Positions 19,293 to 26,147 of a stretch of DNA of 49,330 nucleotides are shown here, one piece after another (the first letter of the stretch is position 1; every line of letters starts with the position of its first letter). Both the position numbers and the translations under genes were made by a program. The stretch spans positions 1-49,330 of the forward strand of contig DAIRVV010000001.1 in the NCBI GenBank assembly GCA_036802645.1, given 5' to 3'. The notes beneath the pieces are model-generated. The model saw only the letters and a program-made list of their open reading frames with translations. It was not told where the DNA came from and ran no database searches. Source of the stretch: Steroidobacteraceae bacterium. GTDB lineage: Bacteria > Pseudomonadota > Gammaproteobacteria > Steroidobacterales > Steroidobacteraceae.

Positions 19293-20021
19293 ATGCGCGT
19301 CACCACATTCTTCGTCCTGTTTCTGCTGGCGTCTGCCACCGTTGCCAATGAGCGATTTGTCACGACGAAAGGCGAAGCGACGATCGAAGCGCCTCCGGAT
19401 TTCGTGAAGATCAGCATGGCCCTGTTGGGCGTAGGCCCCGATTTGGCGCAGATCAAGGCTGACGTAGACGCTCGTACAGAGCGCGTCCTTGCCGCCGCGG
19501 CACAGCTTGGAATCGCGGGCGCCGATATCGAGTCTGAGGGCCTGCGAGTAAGCCGAGAGTACGAAAGCGATCGAAACGACAATGAAACGCTGAGAGGCTA
19601 TGAAGTAAGCCGCAACATCGAAGTAAAACTCCGAGCAATTGCCAAGTACGAGGAATTCGCGCAGGCCCTCATCGATGCCAAGGTCGACACGGTCGAGGAA
19701 GTCGAGGTCGATGTGGACGATCGCCAGGCGCTGGATCAGCGCGCTCTTGTCGCAGCCACGCGTAACGCCCGTAGCGAGGCCCTGGCAATCGCAACGGAGT
19801 TGAGCATTCAGATTGGCACGCCATTCGAAGTGAGCGAAGACAGGCTGCATCGCACTACCCGGTTGCGGGAACTGGCCAGTGTTGGCTACGACGAAATCGT
19901 GGTGACCGGGGCTCGCGCACGGAGCACGCCAGCCGTGCAGCTGATATTCAAGCCGCATGCAATTGAGATTGAGGCCACCGTATGGGCGCGGTTCGAGATC
20001 GTGACGAAGGAATCCCCGTGA
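19293..20021 (+). CDS. SIMPL (DUF541) domain protein, secreted
   Basis: There is a signal peptide, and the body shows a SIMPL-like pattern (...GY.VS..I.V.L ... A..A...A..IA). Confidence 0.75.
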   Translation: MRVTTFFVLFLLASATVANERFVTTKGEATIEAPPDFVKISMALLGVGPDLAQIKADVDARTERVLAAAAQLGIAGADIESEGLRVSREYESDRNDNETLRGYEVSRNIEVKLRAIAKYEEFAQALIDAKVDTVEEVEVDVDDRQALDQRALVAATRNARSEALAIATELSIQIGTPFEVSEDRLHRTTRLRELASVGYDEIVVTGARARSTPAVQLIFKPHAIEIEATVWARFEIVTKESP

Positions 20022-20488
20022 GCAAGGTGAAAACTCGTCCGGCGGTGGCTCGCGACCTCGACGCGGTCGCGCCGCTATTCGACGCTTACCGGCAGTTCTA
20101 CGAGAAGCCCGCGGATCTCGACCTCGCCCGCCGCTACCTGAGCGAGCGCTTTCAGCGCAAGGAATCGGTCGTGATCGTCGCCGAGAACGCCGCAGGCGAC
20201 ATCGTCGGCTTCACGCAGCTATACCCTGCGTTCTGCTCCGTGATCGCCGACCGCACTTTCGTGCTCTACGATCTGTTCGTCACGCCCTCCGCGCGGGGCA
20301 CGGGCGCGGGCCGCGCGCTCATGGAGGCGGCGGAAAAGTATGCTCGCAAGGCTGGCGCCGCGCGCCTCGAGCTCCAGACGGCGAAGACAAACAAGATCGG
20401 GCAGTCGCTCTACGAGTCCTGCGGTTGGGATCGGGACGAGCTCTTCTATAACTACACCAAGAGCCTCGGCGCCCCGAAGCCAGCTTAA
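20018..20488 (+). CDS. GNAT family N-acetyltransferase
   Basis: It has ARGTGAGRALM and LYES.GW. GTG 20018 overlaps the upstream stop (GTGA). Confidence 0.8.
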   Translation: MSKVKTRPAVARDLDAVAPLFDAYRQFYEKPADLDLARRYLSERFQRKESVVIVAENAAGDIVGFTQLYPAFCSVIADRTFVLYDLFVTPSARGTGAGRALMEAAEKYARKAGAARLELQTAKTNKIGQSLYESCGWDRDELFYNYTKSLGAPKPA

Positions 20489-22083
20489 TACCCGAATTTC
20501 CGCACCCAGGGCTCGAGCATCGGCAAGACCGGCGCCAGCTGCGATTCGTAGCGTTTCCACTGCGCGATCGAACTGCTGTAAATCGGCCGGATCACCTGGG
20601 TCGCGCTCGGGGTGCGGATGGTGCGGCGGCTGGCCGTTTCGGCGTAGTTCAGGACTTCATCCGACCAGGGCAGCCCGAGAAAGTCCACCAGCTTCCGGGT
20701 TTCATCGCGAAAATCGGAGACCAGATCCTCGTAGCGCAACACGTGGAGCTGCAGCGGCAGCCGCGCCCGCGAGATTTCCGCCGCCGTCATGATCACGTCG
20801 TAGTAGCGGGCTGCGTTCTCGAGTGACAGGAACTGGACCATCGCGGCGTTCAGCACGAATCGGCTGCGGAAGCAGCTCACGATGACGTCGCGCGGGTCGC
20901 GCAGCGCGAGAATGATCTTCGACTCCGGAAACAACAGGTGGATCAGGGGCAGCACCGCGAGATTCAGCGGCAGCTTGTCGACATAGACCGCGCCCTTCCC
21001 GTTTTCCGGCAGCGACTGTTCGACACGTCGCCAGTAGGCACGGCGAAGATCTGTCAGTGTTTTGGCTGGGATGGAGCTCCACCGCTCGAGCGCGCCGGGC
21101 TCCATCAGGAGCGGTCCGTGCGCGTCGCGGAAGTTTTCGCGCTCCTCGAGAGTCAACAATTCGGGGTGCCCGGCCAACACCTGCTGCAGGAGTGTGGTAC
21201 CGGAACGCGGAAAGCCCACCAGGAATACCGGGCTCTGGATGTCATCCGCGGGCGGCTTCGTCCAAGCCGACGGGTCCGCCGTCCGCATGAATGTCGTCAA
21301 TTTCCCGATGGTGGCAGGAGAGCCCGCAAACTCCATGCCGGCAAAGCGCCGCTCGTTAGCGACGCGGTCGATCTCGTTTGCGGCCGCGATGGAAGCAAAT
21401 GCCTCGTCATAGCGACCCAGTCCTTCGAGCGCCCGGCCGAGAAAACTGCGCGCAATCACCTCGATGTTCGGTCGCACGCGATTCGAAAGCAGCTTGCGCA
21501 TCGCCTGCTCCACGGCGGCGTGCTGGCCGTCCCGCAGGTCAAGCTGTGCGAGCACGATGTGCGCGGCAGGCAACCCCGGCGCGAGCGTGAGCGCCTTTTT
21601 TGCGAGTACCCGCGCGTCATCGAGCCGGTTCTCCTTCTCGGCGAGATCCGCGAGTGCGGCAATCGATTCGACGTGATCCGGCTTGCCGGCCAGCGCACCC
21701 TCGAAACAGCGCTTCGCAGCCGGACGGTCGCCGACCTCCATGAGAACGCTGCCGAGATTCTGCAGTGCCCAGGGGAAGCTGCCGTCGATCGAGAGCGCCG
21801 CTTCGAGCGCGTCACGCGCTTCTGCGAGTCGCCCGTTCGCGGCGTATACGCCGCCCAGGCTGTTGAGGATGAAGATGTTGCCCGGGTTCGCTGCCCTCGC
21901 CCGTTCGAGGAGCGGCTCTGCCGCGCGCGTATCACCCGATCGGGCGCGGATATTGCCGAGAATCTGCAGCGCATCCGCTTGATCCGGAAGGCTTCGAAGC
22001 ATCTCGGCACAGGCCGCTTCGGCCTCGGCCCAGGCGCCTGATTCATAGGCGGCGATCGCGCGGCGAATCACTGGGGAGTTCAC
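20485..22083 (-). CDS. TPR-repeat sulfotransferase family protein
   Basis: N-terminal TPR repeats are followed by the sulfotransferase PAPS-binding loop GFPRSGTTLLQQ and an RDPRD block. Confidence 0.85.
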   Translation of the reverse strand: MNSPVIRRAIAAYESGAWAEAEAACAEMLRSLPDQADALQILGNIRARSGDTRAAEPLLERARAANPGNIFILNSLGGVYAANGRLAEARDALEAALSIDGSFPWALQNLGSVLMEVGDRPAAKRCFEGALAGKPDHVESIAALADLAEKENRLDDARVLAKKALTLAPGLPAAHIVLAQLDLRDGQHAAVEQAMRKLLSNRVRPNIEVIARSFLGRALEGLGRYDEAFASIAAANEIDRVANERRFAGMEFAGSPATIGKLTTFMRTADPSAWTKPPADDIQSPVFLVGFPRSGTTLLQQVLAGHPELLTLEERENFRDAHGPLLMEPGALERWSSIPAKTLTDLRRAYWRRVEQSLPENGKGAVYVDKLPLNLAVLPLIHLLFPESKIILALRDPRDVIVSCFRSRFVLNAAMVQFLSLENAARYYDVIMTAAEISRARLPLQLHVLRYEDLVSDFRDETRKLVDFLGLPWSDEVLNYAETASRRTIRTPSATQVIRPIYSSSIAQWKRYESQLAPVLPMLEPWVRKFGY

Positions 22084-22096
22084 TCGCTATGGTGTC

Positions 22097-22124
22097 ATTG
22101 CGGCCCGAACAGGAGCAATATTGC
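22097..22124. promoter_or_regulatory. Candidate operator in a divergent promoter region
   Basis: ATTGC-N13-GCAAT is immediately followed by ATTGC, so the 10-bp perfect palindrome GCAATATTGC lies at 22115-22124. The site sits in the 83-bp gap between the divergent sulfotransferase and methyltransferase genes. Confidence 0.2.
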
Positions 22125-22166
22125 GCGCCGGACACGTTGGCCAAGCTGTCATAGGGGAGGTTTCTC

Positions 22167-22892
22167 ATGGGCCGCGCAATCGCATTCCTCTACGGAATCG
22201 CCTGTTACGTACTGTTCCTCGGAACGTTTCTTTACGCGATCGGCTTCGTCGGCAATTTCATCGTGCCGAAATCGATCGACACCGGTGTCGTCGAGCCCTT
22301 CGGCCACGCTCTGCTGATGAACGCGATCCTGCTCGGGCTCTTCGCCGTGCAGCACAGCGTGATGGCCCGGCCGGGCTTCAAGGCCGTCTGGACGAAAATC
22401 GTGCCAAAGACCGTCGAGCGAAGCACTTACGTGCTGCTCGCGAGCCTCGTGTTGATCCTGCTGTTCTGGGGATGGCACCCGATGAAGGACGTCGTATGGA
22501 ACGTCGACAGCGAACTCGGGCGGCGGTTCCTGTGGGCGCTGTTCGCGACCGGATGGCTGATGGTTCTGCTGAGCACCTTCCTCATCAATCATTTCGACCT
22601 GTTCGGGCTTCGCCAGGTGTTGCTCAACCTGCGCGGCCAGCCGTATACGGAGTTGCCATTCCGCGTCGTGTTCTTCTACCGGCTCGTGCGGCATCCGCTC
22701 TATCTCGGTTTCCTCATCGCCTTCTGGTCCACCCCGACAATGTCCGTGGGCCACCTGGTGTTTTCGATAGCGACCACCGCCTACATCCTGATCGCGATCC
22801 AGCTTGAGGAGCGCGATCTCGTGAAGTTCCACGGCCAGTCGTATGTGGAATACCGCAAGAAGGTGTCGATGATCCTGCCCATCCCGAAATAG
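22167..22892 (+). CDS. Membrane SAM-dependent methyltransferase of the ICMT/PEMT superfamily (MddA-like)
   Basis: It is a multi-pass membrane protein with [11 protein letters not shown] and RHPLYLGFL....TP.M..GHL.F ... EERDL C-terminal motifs. GGGGAGG precedes the ATG. Confidence 0.68.
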   Translation: MGRAIAFLYGIACYVLFLGTFLYAIGFVGNFIVPKSIDTGVVEPFGHALLMNAILLGLFAVQHSVMARPGFKAVWTKIVPKTVERSTYVLLASLVLILLFWGWHPMKDVVWNVDSELGRRFLWALFATGWLMVLLSTFLINHFDLFGLRQVLLNLRGQPYTELPFRVVFFYRLVRHPLYLGFLIAFWSTPTMSVGHLVFSIATTAYILIAIQLEERDLVKFHGQSYVEYRKKVSMILPIPK

Positions 22893-22895
22893 CCA

Positions 22896-22994
22896 AAAGG
22901 GGACAGACACTTTTAAAGGGGACGGTCACTTTTGCGATTTCAGATCGCCGAGCTGCAAAAGTGACCGTCCCCTTTAAAAGTGTCTGTCCCCTTT
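22896..22994. repeat. Perfect inverted repeat: 40-nt arms (22896-22935 and 22955-22994) with a 19-nt spacer
   Basis: I checked this base by base. The left arm is AAAGGGGACAGACACTTTTAAAGGGGACGGTCACTTTTGC, and the right arm is its exact reverse complement. Each arm holds two tandem 19-nt units, AAAGGGGAC-N5-CACTTTT. Confidence 0.92.
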
Positions 22995-23065
22995 GATGCA
23001 GAACTTGTCGATTCGGGGCCTCTCCAACCGACTAAACCGGGCAAACAACACCAGGAGACCCCGAT

Positions 23066-23563
23066 ATGCCGTCCGCCACCCGTATCACGCCCTGCCTCTG
23101 GTTCGATGGCCAGGCCGAAGAGGCCGCGAAGTACTATGTGAAGATTTTCAAGAACTCGAAGATCCGGAAGATCGGCCGCTACGGCGAGGCCGGCAAGGAA
23201 ACGCACGGGCAGAAGCCGGGCTCAGTGATGATCGTGGAGTTCGAGCTCGACAGGCGCCCATTTACGGCATTGAACGGTCCGCCGATCTTCAAGTTCAACG
23301 AGGCTGTCTCCCTGCAGGTGAGCTGCAAGGACCAGAAAGAAGTCGATTACTACTGGAAGAAGCTCAGCGCAGGCGGCGACCCGAAGGCCCAGGTCTGCGG
23401 CTGGCTCAAGGACAAGTACGGTCTCTCGTGGCAGATCGTGCCGGATGTCATTCCAAAGCTCCTCGGCGACCACAAATCGCCGAAATCGCAACGCGCATTC
23501 GCCCTGATGATGACGCAGAAAAAGCCCGATATTGCGGCGCTGCAGAAGGCCTACGACGGCTGA
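23066..23563 (+). CDS. VOC-superfamily protein of the PhnB / 3-demethylubiquinone-9 methyltransferase-like type
   Basis: It has ITPCLWFDGQAEEAAKYY..IF and WLKDKYGLSWQIVP. AGGAGA precedes the ATG. Confidence 0.85.
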   Translation: MPSATRITPCLWFDGQAEEAAKYYVKIFKNSKIRKIGRYGEAGKETHGQKPGSVMIVEFELDRRPFTALNGPPIFKFNEAVSLQVSCKDQKEVDYYWKKLSAGGDPKAQVCGWLKDKYGLSWQIVPDVIPKLLGDHKSPKSQRAFALMMTQKKPDIAALQKAYDG

Positions 23564-23862
23564 TGCAGGCAACCGAGTCCAGCAGCCTCTTTGTGCTCCT
23601 CTTTGGCGTGCCATCGCTCCTCTTCGCCGTCGTCTTCGCGGCCCTGTCGCTCAAGGCCCCGCGCGGCGGCGCGGTTCTGTGCGGGATGCTGCTGGCATCG
23701 GTATTGCCGATCTACTTCTGGGCGGACGCCATGGGCTATATGACGAGCGCCGGCATCTGGCTCAAGCTGTCGCTCGCGGTCGCATCGATCGGCCTCGTCA
23801 TCTCGCTGGTCAAGCTCATGCTCCCGGGCCGCGGCCCGGCATCAACGGACGGAGACAAGTGA
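23563..23862 (+). CDS. Small hypothetical membrane protein (about 99 aa, 3 hydrophobic segments)
   Basis: The ATG overlaps the upstream stop (TGATG). The hydrophobic stretches run in frame, and the gene is coupled to the downstream gene. Confidence 0.5.
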   Translation: MQATESSSLFVLLFGVPSLLFAVVFAALSLKAPRGGAVLCGMLLASVLPIYFWADAMGYMTSAGIWLKLSLAVASIGLVISLVKLMLPGRGPASTDGDK

Positions 23863-24695
23863 ATAGAACCCAACTCCAGAAAGCCGAAGCATTCCGCGCG
23901 CTGCATGCGCGCAAGCAGGCATTCATCATCCCCAACCCCTGGGACGTCGGCACGGCGCGCATCCTCGCGAAGCTGGGCTTCGAGGCGCTCGCGACTACGA
24001 GCGCGGGATTCGCATTTTCTTCCGGCCTGCGGGACAACGAGGTGGGGCGCGACGCCATGCTCGCGCATGTGGCCGCGGTCGCGGCCGCGACCTCGTTGCC
24101 GGTCAGCGCCGATCTCGAGAATGGCTTCGGCGACGATCCGAAGCTGGTTGCCGAGACGATCCGGCTCGCGGCCGAGGCCGGCGTCGTCGGAGGCTCGGTC
24201 GAAGATTCCATCGATCGTCCCGGCGAGAAGGTCTACGAGATCGCATTCGCCGTCGACCGGATTCGAGCCGCCGTGGAGGCGAAGCGTGCGCTGCCTTTTC
24301 CATTCACGTTGACCGCGCGCGCGGAAAACTACCTCGTCGGCATCCCGGACCTGAAGGACACCATCCGCCGTCTGCAGGCCTACCAGGAAGCGGGCGCCGA
24401 CGTGCTCTACGCGCCCTGCATCACGACGCGCGAGGAGATCACCGCGATCGTCGGATCGGTCGATCGTCCCGTGAATTTCCTGATGGGCACGCAGCCGCAG
24501 CTCTTCACGCTCGCTGAGCTGTCGGAGATGGGCGTGCGGCGGGTCAGCGTCGGCAGTGCGCTTGCAACGACCGCACTCGGGGCTTTCCTGCGCGGTGCGC
24601 GCGAAATGAAGGATCGCGGCAGCTTCACCTACGCAAAGGACTCCGCCGGCTTCGGAGAAATCAGCGACTTAGTCAAAGGGGACGCGCCCCTCTAG
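23859..24695 (+). CDS. Isocitrate lyase / PEP mutase superfamily protein (2-methylisocitrate lyase-like)
   Basis: It has PNPWD.G.ARI....GF.A..T.S ... SAD.E.GFG ... G..EDS. GTG 23859 overlaps the upstream stop (GTGA). Confidence 0.85.
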   Translation: MNRTQLQKAEAFRALHARKQAFIIPNPWDVGTARILAKLGFEALATTSAGFAFSSGLRDNEVGRDAMLAHVAAVAAATSLPVSADLENGFGDDPKLVAETIRLAAEAGVVGGSVEDSIDRPGEKVYEIAFAVDRIRAAVEAKRALPFPFTLTARAENYLVGIPDLKDTIRRLQAYQEAGADVLYAPCITTREEITAIVGSVDRPVNFLMGTQPQLFTLAELSEMGVRRVSVGSALATTALGAFLRGAREMKDRGSFTYAKDSAGFGEISDLVKGDAPL

Positions 24696-24712
24696 AGGGG
24701 CGCGTCCCCTTT
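24675..24712. repeat. 38-bp perfect palindrome of the AAAGGGGAC family, terminator-like (GC-rich stem then TTTT)
   Basis: AAAGGGGACGCGCCCCTCT | AGAGGGGCGCGTCCCCTTT. The centre, CTCTAGAG, contains the TAG stop (24693-24695) of the upstream gene. It is followed by TCCGTCCCTTTT, which resembles the CCGTCCCCTTT unit of the large palindrome. Confidence 0.85.
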
Positions 24713-24743
24713 TCCGTCCCTTTTCAGAAGGAGACCCTGAGCC

Positions 24744-25133
24744 ATGCAAATCAAGTTCGTGAGCGTCCTGGTCGAGGATCAGACGAAGGCGCTCAAGTTC
24801 TACACGGAAACACTGGGATTCACGAAGCACTCGGACATCCCAATGGGTGAGTACCGCTGGCTGACGGTGGTATCTCCGGATGGCGCGGTCGGGGCAGAGG
24901 TCGTGCTCGAGCCGACGGCCTTTCCGCCGGCGAAGACCTACCAGAAGGCGCTCTACGACGCCGGCATCCCGGTTACGGCCTTCACGACCACGGACATTCA
25001 GGGTGAATACTCGAAGCTCAGCAAGCGCGGCGTGCGCTTCCGCGGCGAACCAAAGGTCATGGGACCGATTACGACCGCGCTGTTCGAGGACACCTGCGGC
25101 AACCTGATCAACCTGGTGCAGCCCCCGCCCTAG
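24744..25133 (+). CDS. VOC (glyoxalase/bleomycin-resistance) family protein
   Basis: It has V.D..KAL.FYTE.LGF and F.D.CGN.I.L. AAGGAGA precedes the ATG. Confidence 0.85.
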   Translation: MQIKFVSVLVEDQTKALKFYTETLGFTKHSDIPMGEYRWLTVVSPDGAVGAEVVLEPTAFPPAKTYQKALYDAGIPVTAFTTTDIQGEYSKLSKRGVRFRGEPKVMGPITTALFEDTCGNLINLVQPPP

Positions 25134-25211
25134 GCCTCGACTTCGTGTAGGAAGAGGCCGACGCAGCATCGATCGGCCAGCGGATTTACCACTGCGCGGC
25201 ACGGCTCTCCA

Positions 25212-25574
25212 ATGGGCCCGATGCCCATTACAAATGCGATCGCGAGCGTCGCCGTCAAGAACCTCGGCGCGGCAACCGCGTGGTACGAGAAAGTGCTCGG
25301 CAGGCCAGCCGATTCGCGGCCGATGCCGGAAGTCGCGGAATGGAAATTCGCGCGTGGCGGCTGGCTGCAGATCTATGAGCAGCCATCTCGTGCGGGTTCG
25401 GGTTCATTTACGTTGGCAGTGCAAAACATGGAAAACCAGGTGGCCCGCCTTGGGAAACTCGGCATCCAGGGCCAGCGCCGGTCGGGGCCCAAGGTCGAGA
25501 CGCTCATGATTGCGGACCCGGACGGCAATCACATCGCCTTCGCAGAAACGCGCGATCCCACCATGGCCCGCTGA
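25212..25574 (+). CDS. VOC family protein
   Basis: It has V.V.NL..A..WYEKVLG and I.DPDGN.I.F. ATG 25221 is an alternative start. Confidence 0.72.
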   Translation: MGPMPITNAIASVAVKNLGAATAWYEKVLGRPADSRPMPEVAEWKFARGGWLQIYEQPSRAGSGSFTLAVQNMENQVARLGKLGIQGQRRSGPKVETLMIADPDGNHIAFAETRDPTMAR

Positions 25575-25623
25575 GGGCGAATAAAACACCTGTCCACGGC
25601 CTCCCGGTTAAGATGCGCGAATC

Positions 25624-26115
25624 ATGAGCGTGCAGGCCAGCAGGTCCGGCGCAGGGGATTTCGATTTCTTCATCGGTCGCTGGCAGGTTCACCACCGCCG
25701 GCTCAATGAGCGTCTGGCCGGATGCACAGACTGGACCGAGTTTAGTGGGAGCTGCGAGACCCGGAAAATCCTGGGCGGTCTCGGCAACATGGACGACAAC
25801 GTCCTCGACCTTCCAGGCGATCCATACCGGGCGGTCACCCTCCGTACTTTCAATCCGACAACCTGGCAGTGGACCATCTGGTGGCTCGACGGCCGCAATC
25901 CGGGCTCGCTCGACAAGCCCGTCATCGGCGGATTCGAAAACGGCATTGGAGCGTTCTACGCTGAGGACCAGCACAATGGCCGGCCGATTCGCGTCCGCTT
26001 CCTCTGGTCCATGCCCGCCAGGGACGCCCCGCGCTGGGAGCAGGCGTTTTCCGCGGATGCCGGCGCGAACTGGGAAACGAACTGGATCATGAATTTCACG
26101 CGAGCCGGCGCTTGA
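25624..26115 (+). CDS. Conserved hypothetical protein (no family assigned)
   Basis: The 163-aa ORF has GC3-rich codon usage and an FDFFIGRW.V.HRRL N-terminus that I recall as a recurrent uncharacterised family. Confidence 0.5.
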   Translation: MSVQASRSGAGDFDFFIGRWQVHHRRLNERLAGCTDWTEFSGSCETRKILGGLGNMDDNVLDLPGDPYRAVTLRTFNPTTWQWTIWWLDGRNPGSLDKPVIGGFENGIGAFYAEDQHNGRPIRVRFLWSMPARDAPRWEQAFSADAGANWETNWIMNFTRAGA

Positions 26116-26147
26116 AGCATCATGGGCCCATTGCCCGGGAAGGCCGC

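Noticed and set aside
22896-22994. CRISPR repeat or IS terminal inverted repeats.
   Set aside because: There is only one inverted pair with a 19-nt spacer, no direct-repeat/spacer periodicity, no cas genes, and no transposase ORF between or near the arms.
24675-24712. mini-ykkC-like hairpin, because of GGGGACGCGCCCC.
   Set aside because: The loop would be 5 nt (ACGCG), not an ACGR tetraloop. The sequence is part of a 38-bp perfect palindrome at a gene 3-prime end, and the downstream gene is a VOC protein rather than a guanidine transporter or carboxylase.
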